Below are positions 25,152 through 37,963 of a stretch of 64,000 bases of DNA, one piece after another. The translations under genes were made by a program, and so were the position numbers. Numbering within the stretch: position 1 is the first letter of the stretch; each line of letters opens with the position of its first letter. The notes under the pieces were generated by a model. The model was not told the origin of the DNA. It made no database searches and worked only from the letters and a program-made list of their open reading frames with translations. The stretch is from Chiloscyllium plagiosum (lineage: Eukaryota), in contig NC_057718.1 of the NCBI RefSeq assembly GCF_004010195.1, positions 55,482,422-55,546,421 on the forward strand, read 5' to 3'.

Positions 25152-27254
25152 ACATTGTATTGGACCATAAAAGTTATTTCTCAGAGCCTGTTCTGCTCAG
25201 TCCATCAGTGGGTGAAATCTCCAATTGATCAGACACAGAAAAAAAATCACAGCTACTGAATTCTGTCTTCAGATTTTCAACCCATTCACCTTGTAAAGAC
25301 AAATTTTCAACGTGACAACCTTGCAACAATAACAGGCCAATCATATTCTCATTTTTACAATAAACCATATCTATTTTTAATGTTTGCATTTGTAATAATG
25401 TAGCAGCTGCTTTAGTAACTTTCAGTGATATTTGAGCAATATTGGACTTGTTTTAAAACTAAAATTCTACAGTTGATAATTTTGTAAGTTAGAATGTTCG
25501 TAAACCAAAAGTTGGTGATATGTGCTCTATATGCATAGATTTCTGAACAGGGTCAGAAATGTTATTCCAGCTATTAATTGGATGCGTGTCTGGTGATTTG
25601 GAACAGCATTCCCAAATTAAGAGATGTCTAGCACAAGTATCTATCTAGAGGAAATCAATCCGGACAAAAAAAAACACATTTACCTTTGGTGAAGTGCTGG
25701 ACTTCTGAATCAGGAGCCTTCTGAGCTAAAGCTGTATACTACAAGTCATAGATACATGCAGCCTGTAGTGGTGTGGAACTGTGCCCTTTTCTGACAGTAA
25801 CTACTGTAATCCAAGATGCAAAAATCCTGAAGTTACTTTGATAGCTGCCAGGAAAGCTAAGTGTTTAGGGTAAATGGGAGAGAGGGTAGTGTGGTACATA
25901 GATAAGAAGGTGGGATTGGGTCGGGTGTCAGATGATTGAGGAAGTAAGTTGTCAGGTGGTGGGGGGCTAAAGATAGCAGCTGGGTGAAGTGTGATTACAA
26001 GCTGGGTGAAGGAGATTGAGTGGAAGGCAAGTGGACAGAAGGCTAGCAAGTAGTGAGGGTTAAGATGGCCAACTGGGTAAGGAAATCAGATGGATAAAGG
26101 GGTACAGGTGGTAGATGGAAGCAGAATAACGTGCTCAAGTATGTAAGTGAATGTTTAGAGTTGGTCAGGTTTGGAGGGGGCAGGGTATGGTCAGGATGTG
26201 ATCTTGGAATCTGAAAAGACAGGAGAGTCAGGTCAGGTCAGTACACGTCAGAAGATTGAGCCAATGGCTTGGGTCAGAGTGTTGGTCTTGGGCCTGGTGG
26301 AGATTGGAGATGGGGAAAGTTTGGTTACATCAGTACAGATCAGAATATCAGGTCCATGGGGTATTAGGGGACTGGTAATGTTGATTTGTGAGGAGGGGAG
26401 AAAAAGTTAAATCCAAAGAGGAGATGTTGGATGTCTACAAGGTTTGGGAGCAATACATTTTAGGGCAGATGGGGTGGGGGTGTTGGAACCCTAGACAGAT
26501 GTTGGGACTTGGTCAGGTTTGGTCCACATGGAGCTTATGGGAGACAATCAGGTAATTCATCCATTAGACACAAAAACAGAAATTGCTGAGGAATCCCTTG
26601 ACCTGGAACATTAACTCTGCTTTCTCTCCATAGATGCTGCCAGACCTGTTGACTTTTTCAAGCAATTTCTGCCTTTATTTCTGATTTCAAGTATCAGCGG
26701 TTCTTTCAATTATTTGGTTAGTGCGTAGATGGGAATTGTCAGTGTGAGGGATTGGAGGATCAGTTGTAAGACAGCCAAGAGTTAGATCTGGTTTAATCCT
26801 TTACCTTTTCCTGGCTAAATGTTCAATTAAGCCAGCTGGAATCCTCCAAACTCTAACTCAGAGTTGGGCTTTTCAGAAGTTCCCAGACATCAGTACCCAG
26901 GCAATTCTTGCAGTCAGTGCATCCAGACTTTGCCTGTTCCCAATGAGTCTTCATGGGTACCTCCGGTCTCAGACTTTTTGGAGTCTGGATGATCTAGGTC
27001 ACAAGATAAAAACTCATGAGTTATACTAGGCCCACACTTAGTATATTTGTGACCCTAAAGTGACTTGATACAACCTTCTCTGAACTATTTCTAAAATACA
27101 CATCTGATTTCAATTTAAGTGACCTTAATTGTACACTGTAATTCAGATATGGTCTCTCAATGCCCTGTACAATTGTAGCAAAATTACCTCCTCATTCATT
27201 ACAATTTCCTTGCAAAAAACATCAACATTCTGTTTGCCTTCCTAAACACATCCT

Positions 27255-27725
27255 AAACAAGGATGTTGCCAGGGTTGGAGGATTTGAGCTATAGGGAGAG
27301 GCTGAACAGGCTGTGGCTGTTTTCCCTGGAGCGTCGGAGGCTGAGGGGTGACCTTACAGAGGTTTACAAAATCATGAGGGGCATGGATAGGATAAATAGA
27401 TAAAGTCTTTTCCCTGGAGTGGAGGAGTCCAGAACTAGAGGGCATAGATTTAGGGTGAGAGGGGAAAGATATAAAAAAGACCTAAGGGGCAACTTTTTCA
27501 TGCAGAGGGCAGTACGTGTATGGAATGAGCTGCCAGAGGAAGTGGTGAAGGCTGGTACAATTGCAACATTTAAAAGACATCTGGATGGGTATATGAATAG
27601 GAAGGGTTTGGAGGGATATGGGCTGGGTGCTGGCACGTGGGACTAGATTGGGTTGGGATATCTGGTAGGCATGGACAAGTTGAACCAAAGGGTCTGTTTT
27701 CGTGCTGTACATCTCAATGACTCTA
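27255..27725 (+). mobile_element. Young 5'-truncated CR1 LINE inside an older minus-strand CR1 (~27120-28325)
   Basis: ORF 27419-27646 SRTRGHRFRVRG...FFMQRAVRVWNELP; tail CTCAATGACTCTA. Confidence 0.9.
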
Positions 27726-28020
27726 AGAGGCCATTCGGCCTATCAAGTCTCAATGACCCTTCAAAGAGTATCCCACTTTATCCCCATAATTTATCAATAT
27801 TTAACTCACCTATGTTACACATCCCAGGACACTATGAACAATTTAGCATAGCCAATCCACCTAATCTGCATGTCTTTGGACTGTGAGAGGAAGCCAGAGC
27901 ACTCAGCAAAAAACTATGCAGACATGGTGAAAACATGCAAACTCCATCCAGTTATCCAAGGCTGAGAATCAAATCTGGGGCCCTGGCACTAAGAGGCTGT
28001 AGTGGTAACCACTGAGCCAC
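27726..28020 (-). mobile_element. Degenerate HE1-like SINE
   Basis: CAATTTAGCATAGCCAATCCACCTAATCTGCA...AACCACTGAGCCAC matches other SINE copies. Confidence 0.75.
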
Positions 28021-29132
28021 TTGCTGTACTAGTAAGCCAACATTTTGTGATTCATGTACAAGGAGACTTTGTATCTCTGAGTTCTGCAATCACTCCAAAT
28101 AAGTATCACACTGCTTTTCTATTCTTTAGAATCTCTACCTCCTCTTAACAACCTGCTTTCATACTTGGTGTCATCAGCAAATTTAGCTATCATATATTTG
28201 AATGCCACATCAACCATGTGATGAAAGTCCCAGGACTGATTGCTATGGCACTCTGCAAGTTATATCTTGTCAACCCAAAAAAGGTCCATTTATCCCCTCT
28301 ACATACTTCCTGTTAGTCACTGGGCAATATAAAAATGGGATTTGAGAAATATTAAATAACTTACCTAAAATAACAAACAGATACTAGAAAGGTGTCAACC
28401 ACTAGTTAAGTTAATATATTTCAAAACCAAAGCATTCAGATACATGATCCGCTTACGCACAAGATATGTTTTATACAGGCTTGCTGAAATTTACTATGCT
28501 CTGATTTCTTTTCAGCCATTGTTTGTGCTGCCAGATGGTTCTTCAACTTTAATTTCATGCCTAATATTGTTCCAACTTTCACAATGAATTTCTAATCAGG
28601 AAATGCAATAGCATGAGAATTGCAACCTGTGTCAGTGAAAGCTAAAAATTTGCTAAATCTGATTTGGCTGATATGCTTCTCTATTAATCACTAGCAAATT
28701 AATCAGATATGCAAATGGTTTATAGTTTCCCTAACTGCACATCTCCACTTATTCAGAAACATTTGCAATTTCTTAGATAATTTTAGGTTATTTTAATTTT
28801 TATGAGTAACAATGAATTATGCACCTGACTCAACTCTAAAGTGAGCATGAAAAATTAATAATTAGGTTTGGTCTATTGGTCTATTGCCAAGTATTAAAGT
28901 GAGCTTTCATCAGCTGAAAACTAATATGATACATGAGAAATCTTCAGTTTCATATTTCCAATTATCTTTTTTCATTCTAAACCACTGTAACAATGCATCA
29001 TACAATATTTTTCAGTGGGGTGGCCAAAAGATGGAAAGTGAGCATCTTCCACAATGGGACGAAATAAACATCAGACTAGTTATACTTAACTTTTCCAATG
29101 AATGACACAGGGCCTGGTACACCATGATCATT

Positions 29133-29316
29133 GGGAGAAAGTGAGCACTGCAGATGCCAGAGATCAGAGTTGAAGAGCGTGACAAGATTCCTGATGAAGG
29201 GCTTATGCCCGAAACGTCGATTCTCCTGCTTCTCGGACGCTGCTTGACTGACTGTGCTTTGCCAGCAGTACACTCTCGACTCTGATCTTCAGCATCTGGA
29301 CTCCTCACGTTCTCCT
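29133..29316. mobile_element. Fold-back PLE terminus
   Basis: Inverted ends GGAGAAAGTGAG...CTCACGTTCTCC; contains a hammerhead-like core. Confidence 0.8.
29191..29218 (+). ncRNA. Minimal hammerhead ribozyme-like motif (intact core)
   Basis: ATTC-CTGATGA-A-GGGC-TTAT-GCCC-GAAA-CG-TC-GATT. Confidence 0.68.
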
Positions 29317-30556
29317 ACTTGGGGTGCCTGGAACACACATTTTTTGTTTCTAAGGTATACACCCACCTTGGAGAAACATTTAAGAAATATGTTCAAGTTC
29401 TCTAAGTGTTCTTTATTTGTCTTCCTTATTATTAGAATGTCATCCAGATAAATGGTGACCTAGGGTAGACCTTGTAAAATGTTTTCCATTATCCACTGAA
29501 AAATGGCACAGGCTGATAATACCCCAAATGGCTGTCGGGTATATTGGTAAAAATCCCTATGGGTATCAATTGTAGCATACTTCTGGGAATCCTCATCTGA
29601 CCACAATTACAAGTATGCATGGCTCATGTCCAACTTCGCGAAGGTCAGCTCCACCACCAACTTTGCGTATGAATCCCTTATGCAAGGGTTTTAGTATTTA
29701 TCCAGCTGCAAGACGCAGTTTACCATTTCATTAAAATCCTCACAAAGGCGAACCGACCTGTCAGGCTTCACAATTGGTATGACTGGTGCTGCCTATTCCA
29801 CAAATTGTACAGGTTTGATGATTCCTTTGCTTTCCAACCTTCTGATTTCTGCCTCTGCTTTTGTACATACGGCAAATGGCTCTGGGCGGGCCTTGAAGAA
29901 TCATGAAATTGCTTCCTGCTTAATATATAATGTGGCCTTGGCTCCTTCTATAGTCCCTCAATCTTCCTGGAAAGCATCTGGGTATTTAATTAGGACTTCA
30001 CTCAGGCAGCTATTTTCTAATTGAAAAATGTTGAGCCAATCAAAGTGAATCTAACTCCCCAATTTTGCATGAGCCTTGTACTGCAATCAGTGGTAACTGA
30101 ACCAGTTGCTTTTCATACGAGATAGAACCTGAAGTTGTAACCATAATCTGTAAAATTTCCTTGGTACAGGTTCTCAGTCTAACCAAGGTCTTACACTAGC
30201 TTAAGGATTGGAATCCAGAGCAAATTTTGTTAAAGATTTGTTCTGCAATCACTGTTATATATCAACCTCCATTCGAACGGGGTGACCATTTAAACAGATG
30301 TTTATTTTGATTGGTTCTGATTTGGATTCTGCTAAGCATTTTAACTGTTCCAAGCCAGATCTAGGTGGGCTTTCAGAGTTGGATTCTTCTGGATACTGGC
30401 CTGTGAGTTCTCTTACTCAAATCATGCCTAATGAGACTCTTTTGCTGTCTTGAGTCCACATACCAGCAGCAACTACAATGGCCTGCTGGTCCAGATCCTG
30501 AAGAAAACATTAACTGTTTGGCCAAAGCTTTGTTTTGGTGCTTTGCTGTGGACTGG
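29317..30556 (-). mobile_element. Gypsy element 3, protease-RT part (host of element 2)
   Basis: Minus strand: LNGHPVRMEVD protease, KPDRSVRLCEDF, QYTRQPFGVLSACAIFQ, VTIYLDDILI (YLDD ~29440-29450). Confidence 0.85.
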
Positions 30557-31015
30557 TGTGACAGTGCTGTCACTTTAACAGGGTTATTTTGTCCTTAGGG
30601 TTTTTACGAACTTGAGGTTATAAAGGCAGACATACCAAGGGGTCTAAGAAGAGCCTAATTTAACAATGGCAGGGGAGTGGCCAGTTCTCCCAGTTCAGGT
30701 TTTTTCTAATTTGGTTTAACAGTGGCAGTCACAAGATGCTGGAGTCCAGGAAGGTTACAAGCTTCAGTGAATGTTTCCTGACTGATTTTCTCTCTGAAAT
30801 CTCTTTGAATGTTGTTTCCTCCTGCCTGTAGGAATCTGTATTTCAATCTACCTTTTTGCCAAGTGGTGTGTTTATGTGATGTTACTGGATTGAAAGGGTT
30901 CCTTAGTTAAGTTGCTGTGTCAGGTCAGTTAAGTTATCCAATTCTACATTCTTTTGTTCATGTTACAACTTTAAGTTCTGTTTTGCTTAAAGCTGGCCTA
31001 GCCTGGTCCACAACA
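30557..31015 (+). repeat. 5' LTR of Gypsy element 2
   Basis: TGTGACAGTGCTGTCA...GGTCCACAACA, followed by a degenerate PBS-like GATTGGAGTTTCTTGTAGGGAT. Confidence 0.85.
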
Positions 31016-33587
31016 GATTGGAGTTTCTTGTAGGGATCGATTCTATAATTCTAATTTGGGTTTAGGGTTGTTGAACTCAAAGGCGGTGAATGGTAGGTGT
31101 TGCAAGTATTGAATTAAATTGGTTTAAACAGTGCTTGGTGGAGTAATGGATCTTTCAGTCACTAAGAGTTTTCTGGGGCTGGAAGAAGTGACTTTGCTGA
31201 TTTTACAAAAGGTGAGCAAGGCAAAGCTGCTGGAATTGGCAGACAAGCTGGAGTTGGGGTTGCCTTCATCTGTGAGAAAAGGAGATGTAATTACAGCTAT
31301 AGCTTGGCATTTACATTTGCTGGAAATGCCATCAGAATCTTTGGAAACGGCTCAAATTCAATTGCAAATGAGGCATCTTGAACATGAAAAGGAATTGAAA
31401 TAACTTGAATTACGGTTAAAGGCAGAGGAAAGAGAAAAGGAATGAATTGCCTGAGCAAAACAAAAGGAAAAGGAAAGAATTGCTGTGGCAGAAGAGAAAG
31501 AAAAGGAGAGGAAGTCTCTAGCAGAGCAAAGGGTGAAAGAGAGTTTGAACTTCAGACATTGGCACTTAGACAGAAAAGTCAGCTTAAAAGGATGGAATTG
31601 AAGACAGAAGATAAGCTCAGTGAGGAGGATGGTAAGGATGAACATAGCCAAAAGCCTGATGGAGATCTGTTTAAATATATCCAAACATTGCCTAAATTTG
31701 ATGAGAAAGATGTAGAAGCCTTTTTCGTCTCATTTGAAAAAGTAGCTAAACAAATGCAGTGGCTCTTGATTTTGTTGATCCAAACAAAGCTGATAGATAG
31801 AGCTAGTGAGGTATTTGTAACACTATCAGAGGAGGTATCTGGGGAATATGAGGAGGTTAAGAAAGCCATCTTAAATTCATATGAGCTTGTGCCAGAAACC
31901 TACAGTCAACATTTCAGGAATCTAAGGAGGGACCCTGGTCAAATATACATTGAGTTTGAAAGGATCAAAACAATTTTGATAGATGGATAAGGGCATTAAT
32001 AATAGATCAAACGTATGATGCTCTTAGAGAGATAATTGTTTTGGAGGAGTTCAAAAATTCACTTCCTGAAGTAGTGAGAACTCATGTCGAAAAGCAGAAT
32101 TAAAACAGCAAGATTAGCAGCTGAAATGACTGATGATTATGATTTGATTCATAAATCATAGTTTGGCTTCCAATATCAATTTCAATGTGTGAAGTTCAGG
32201 AGCAGCAGGTGAAGATGTTACGGTATTAAGAGATATGGGTTCATGTTAATCTTTGATGTTGAGAGATGAGGAGATATGTAACTCATAGGGACTATTGTCA
32301 GAAACACTGCTAGTATGTGGAATTCATGGTGAGACAAGAAGTGTTCCATTATGTAGAGTGAGGTTAGAGTGTCCAATGAAAATTGGAGAAGTAGTAGTGG
32401 GAGTACTAGAAAACTTCTTGGCTCCAGAAATACAATTTGTCCTTGGTAACAATATGGTTGAGGTAGGAGTGCTGTCCACTGTGGTTGCAAAGCCAGTGGA
32501 AAATCAGACAACTGAGGTATTACAGGAATTATATCCTTGGGATTTTTCCTGATTGTGTGGTAACAAATTCACAAAACCATCAGTTCAAACAGTTGGAGAA
32601 ATCAAAGAATACAGATAAGGAAGTTGAGGTAGACTTATCAGAAACCATGTTTGATCGAATGGTTGAAAGAAAACAAGAACAGGTGGAGGACAAAGTGGAC
32701 ATTGTTACCTCAGACTGAGTCACAAAAGAAAGATAAAAACCTGAAGCAATTGTACCAAAAGGCATTTATGGGAGAAGAATCTGAGTGTATTGTAATATGC
32801 TACCATCTTAAAAGAGAAATCTTGATAAAGAAATGGAGACCATCACATATTCAGGCAGGTGAGAAATAGGCAGAAGTTCATCAAATTGTATTATCAGTGA
32901 GTTGTGGAAAGGAGGTGTTGTGGGTAGGACATGAATTACCAGTACGAGGTCATCTAGAGGTAAGGAAAACTCGAACTAAAATACAAAAACATTTTTTAAC
33001 TGGCCTGGACTGCATAAGGATGTAATTGAATCTTGCCAGACATGTCATACATGTCAGGTAATTAGAAAAACGTAGGCAACAATAAAATAGTACCTTTAAT
33101 ACCCAATCCTACATTTGAAGAACTTTTTACAAGGGCCTTAATTAATTGCATAAGACCCCTACCTAAACAAAGTGGGAATCAGTATATGTTAACAATAATG
33201 GATGTGTCCACTAGATATCCAGAGGCCATTCCATTGTGTACAGCTATTAGGGTTATACAACAGTTACTCAAACTTTTCACTAAATATGGACTACCCACAA
33301 AAATATAATCAGATCAAGGATCAACATTTACATCAAAATTATTCAGGCAAGTTATAGAATCTTAGGAATAAAATAATTCAAATCCACTGTGTACCATCCA
33401 GAATTGCAGGGAGCACTGGAAAGGTGGCATCAGATGTTAAAGACCATGTTAAGGGCTGATAGTCAAGAGTATCCAAATGATTGGGATAAAGGAATTCCAT
33501 TTGTATGTTTTGCCATTAGAGATGTACCAAGTGAATTTATCACTTTCAGTCAATTTGAATTAGATTTTGGGCATGTTGAGAGAAGAC

Positions 33588-33891
33588 GGGGCGGCACGGT
33601 GGCACAGTGGTCAGCACTGCTGCCTCACAGCACCAGGGACCCGGGTTCAATTCCCACCTCGGGCAACTGTCTGTGTGGAGTTTGCACATTCTCTCCGTGT
33701 CTGCGTGGGTTTGCTCCGGTTTCCTCCCACAGTCCAAAGATGTGCAGGTTAGGTGGATTGGCCATGCTAGATTGCCCGTAGCGTTAGTTGAAGGGGTAAA
33801 CATAGGAGAATGGATCTAGGTGGGTTGCTCTTTGGAGGGTCGGTGTGGACTTGTTGGGCTGAAGGGCCTGTTTCCACACAGTAAGTAATCT
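33588..33891 (+). mobile_element. HE1/V-type SINE inserted in the integrase of element 2
   Basis: GGGGCGGCACGGTGGCACAGTGGTCAGC (A box), GGTTCAATTCC (B box); AAGAC duplicated at 33583-33587 and 33892-33896. Confidence 0.93.
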
Positions 33892-34022
33892 AAGACCACT
33901 GAAATTAATTCAGGAGAAATTGACGAGTCAGAATTCAGAGACCACATATTTGGACTAAGTGCCAAATTTTAGGCAATGGTTAAATAGAGTGGGGGAATTG
34001 ACTAGACAGCATTTAAAAATAG

Positions 34023-36423
34023 TCAAAAACTGTGGTGCTGGAAAAGCATAGCTGGTCAGGCAGCATCCGAGGAGCAGGAGAGTCGATGTTACAAGCCGAA
34101 ACTATTCATCAGGAATGTGGGGGAGGCCAAAGGGGGAGAGAGAGATAAATGGTAGGGGGGTGGTGCTGGGGGCAAAGGTAGCTAGGAATGCAATAGGTAG
34201 ATGAAGGTAGGGGGTGATGGTAATAGTCTGGAATGGAGGGTGGAATGGATATATGGAAAAGAAGATGGACAGGTAGGACAGTTCAAGAGGGCTGTGCCAG
34301 GTTGGAGGGTTGAATCTGGGATAAGGTGGGGGGAGGGGAGATGAGAAAATGAAATCAACATTGATCCTGTGTGATTGGAGGGTCCCAAGGCAAAAAATGA
34401 GGTGTTCTTCCTCCAAGCATCGGGTGGCTAGAATCTGGTGGTGGAAGAGGCCTATGACTTGCATGTCCTTGGTGGAGTAGGAGGGAGAGTTGAAGTGTTC
34501 AGCCACCAGGCAGTAGGGTTGATTAATGCATGTGTCCCAGAGATGTTCTCTGAAATGTTCCACAAGTAGACATCCCGTCTCCCCAATGTAGAGGATACCA
34601 CATCGGGAGCAACAGACACAGTAGATAACGTGTTTGGAGGGGAGGAAAATTTCTGTTGGATGTGGAAGGATCCTTTGGGGCCTTGGATGGAGGTGAGGGG
34701 GGAGGTGTGGGTGCAGATTTTACACCTCCTGCGGTGGCAATGAAAGGTGCCTGGAGTGGAGGCTGGGTTGGTGGGGGGCATGGACCTAACATGGGAGTTG
34801 CGGAGGGAATGGTTTCTGGGAAATGTTGATAGGCTGGGAGCAAAATATATCTCTGGTGGTGGGGTCTATTTGTAGGTGATGGAAATGGCGGAGGATGATG
34901 TGTTGGTTGGGTGGAAGGTGAGGACCCGGGAGGTTCTGTCCTTGTTGCGATTGGAGGGGTGATGTTCAAGGGCAGAGGTGTGGGAAGTGGAGGAGATATG
35001 CTGGAGGATATTGTTGACCACATGGGAGGGGAAGTTGTGGTCCTTGAAGAAGGAGGCCATCTGGGATTTTCTATGGTGGAATTGGTCTTCCTGAAAGCTG
35101 AAGCGGTGGACACAGAGGAATTAGAAGTAAGGGATAGCATTTTTACAGGAGGTAGGGTGGGAGGAGGTGTGGTCCTGGTAGCTATGGGAGTCGATAAGTT
35201 TGAAGTAGATGTCTGTGTTGAGACGTTCACAGGAAATGGGGATGGAGAGGTCCAGGAAGGGGAGGAGGGTGTCCAAGATGGTCCAAGTGAACTTGAAGTC
35301 AAGGTGAAAGGTGCTTGTGAAGTTGACTCAACTATTCAACCTCCTCGTGGGAGCACGAGGTGGCGCCGATACAGTTATTGATGTAGTGGAGGAAAAGATG
35401 GGGAATGGTGCCAGTGTAGCTGCAGAAGATGGACAATTCCATGTGCCCGACAAAGAGGCAGGCATAGCTGGGGCCCATGCGGGTGCCCATGGCTACCCCT
35501 TTGTTCTGGAGGTAGTGGTAGGATACTAAGGAGAAATTGTTGAGGATGAGGACCAGTTCAGCCAATCTAATGAGTATGTTGCTGGACGGTACTGGCTGGG
35601 TCAGCGGGAGAGGAAGAAATAGGGGACTTGGAGGTGGATAGATGTGTATAGGGACTGGGTATCTATGGTGAAGATGAGGCATTTTTGGCCAGGGAACCGA
35701 AAGTCATGGAGGAGATAGAGGGTGTTGGTGGTGTCTCAAATGTATATGGGGAGATCCTGGACCAAGGGGGACAGAATAGTGTCAAGGTATGCGGAGATAA
35801 GTTTGGTGGAGCAGGAGCAGGCTGAGACGATGGGTTGACTGGGGTGAGTTTTTGGGTAAGAGGTAGAACCAGGCGTTGTGGGGTTCTGGGACTATGAAAT
35901 TGGAGGCTCTTCCTGGGAGATCCCCTGACATGATGAGGTTTTTGATGATCTGGGAGATGATGGTTTGGTGATGGGTGGTGAGGTTGTGGTCGAGGGGGCA
36001 GTAGGAGGAGGTGTCTTTGAGCTGGCACCTGGCTTCAGTGGTGTAAAGTTTAGTGCGCCAAACTACTACTGGTCCCCTCTTGCTGGTTTGATGGTGAGGT
36101 TGGGATTGGAGCAGAGGGAGTGGAGGGCTGCACATTGTTAGGGTGAAAGGTTAGAGTACGTGAGAGGGGTGGACAGGTTGAGGCAATCGATGTCACAGCG
36201 GCAGTTGGAAATGAAGAAATTGAGGGTGGGTAACAGACCATCGCAGGGTGTCCAAGTGGATGGAGTGTGTTGGAGGCGGGAGAAGGGGCCCCTCAGTCAG
36301 TGGGTGGGAGTTCAGATGGAAAAAGTAAGCATGGAGGCGGAGGCAGCTGAAGAAAAGTTTAATTTCGCAACGTGCGTTGAATTCATTGATCCGGAAGCAT
36401 AGTGGAATGAAGGTGAGGCCTTC
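34023..36423 (-). mobile_element. Penelope-like element (RT + GIY-YIG endonuclease), disrupted
   Basis: KGLTFIP N-terminal block (~36420); YLQNKGVAMGTRMGPSYACLFVG...FLHYINN (decayed RYIDD); CHRRRCKIC, RFREH-like and VAEHFNSPS GIY-YIG region; terminal repeat at 34023-34115. Confidence 0.9.
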
Positions 36424-37963
36424 ATAGTATATGATAAACAGGAAGCAAACATGAAATCAAAAACTTGCAATTTTGCTAATGGAGGTAAAGTATTAATGTT
36501 ACTTGCAGTAATAGGTGAGTCTTTAAAAGTAAGGTTTGGTGGACCTTATCAAGTTGAAAGGAAATTGAGTGAGGTGAACAATTTGATAGGGCTCCAGACA
36601 GAAAGAAACCTCATAGAGTGTGTCATGTGAATATGCTCAAAAGGTATTTTGAGAGGGAAGTAAAAGGAAAATGTGTTACTGGTTACAATACAGAGTGGAA
36701 AACCAAGTTCAGAGGATTCTGAATTGGATATTCCTCAAATTAAATTGGACAATGAGGAAGCTGTCAAAAATTGGAATAAGTTATTGAGTTACCTTCCAGA
36801 GAAAATTGAAATAACCTGAAAGAGTTATTGCTATCACATGGGGAGATATGTGGAAATAAACTGGGAAGTACTAACTTAATTTTGCATGATGTAGATATAG
36901 GAAATGCTGTTCTAATTAAGCACCATCCTTATCGATTTAACCCTCTAAAGTTGACACAGGTTCAAAGTGAGATTGAACGTATGCTTCAAGACAACATAAT
37001 CTAAGTGAATTGCAGTGACTGGAGCTCACCCATCATAATGGTGCCAAATCCAGATGGTATCCAATGGTTATGTGTAGATTATTGCAAAGTCAATGCAGTT
37101 AGAAAGTCTGATTCATATCTGATTCCATGTTTGGAAGACTGGATTGGGAAGGTGACACAAGCAATGTGCATTTCTAAGTTGGATTTACTCAAAGGATAAC
37201 TGGCAGGAACCCTTATCCACAAGAAGATAATTTCAGCTTTCATAACACGGAATGGACTGTATCGATTTAAAGTCATGCTATTTAGTATGAAAAGTGCGCC
37301 AGCCACATTTCAAAGACTAACCAATAAAGTCATTTCTGGATTACCCAACTATGTGGCATACATTGACGACCTGGTGATTTTTAGTCACATATAGAAGGAA
37401 CATTTGCAGAGCTTATCAGAATTATCGGGAAGCAGGCTTGCTGATAAACCTGGCTAAGAGTGGATTTGCCAAAGCCCAAGTCATGTTCCTGGACCATGTT
37501 ATCGGACACGGACAGATGGCTCCACGGAATGTGAAAGCAAAGGTTATTGGGGAATTTCCTATACCATCGACAAAGACAGCAATACTATGATTCCTGGGAT
37601 TGAGTGTGTTTTATCAGGAATTTGTACCGAATTTTAGCAGTGTGGTTGCTCCATTCATTGAATTACTGAAGAAATGCAGGGAGTTTTAGTGAATGGCAGA
37701 TTTTGAGAAAGCATTTGACAGCCTGAAGGCTGTGTTAACCACTGCCCCAGTATTAGCCACACCTATTTACGCAAAGCCATTCAAGGTGGCTATCAATGTG
37801 AGTGATGAGGGTATCAGTGCTGTACTCTTACAAGAAGACGACCAAAAGATAGAAAGACTTAGTGGATAGTTTTGCAGGAAAATGAACATTCATCAACAGA
37901 AATATTTGACAATTGAGAAGGAGACCTTGAGCTTGTTTTTGGCTTTACAATATTTCAACATTT

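Noticed and set aside
25870..26530. G/purine-rich tract with ORFs 25801-26049 and 26171-26410
   Set aside because: Low-complexity, strand-biased decayed repeat; the ORFs have no protein-like signature
33588..33660. tRNA gene
   Set aside because: The A/B boxes are the tRNA-derived head of a SINE, followed by SINE body and tail
34523..35302. 259-aa Pro/Ser/Thr-rich ORF as a novel gene
   Set aside because: It is an alternative frame of the C-rich sense strand of the Penelope-like element
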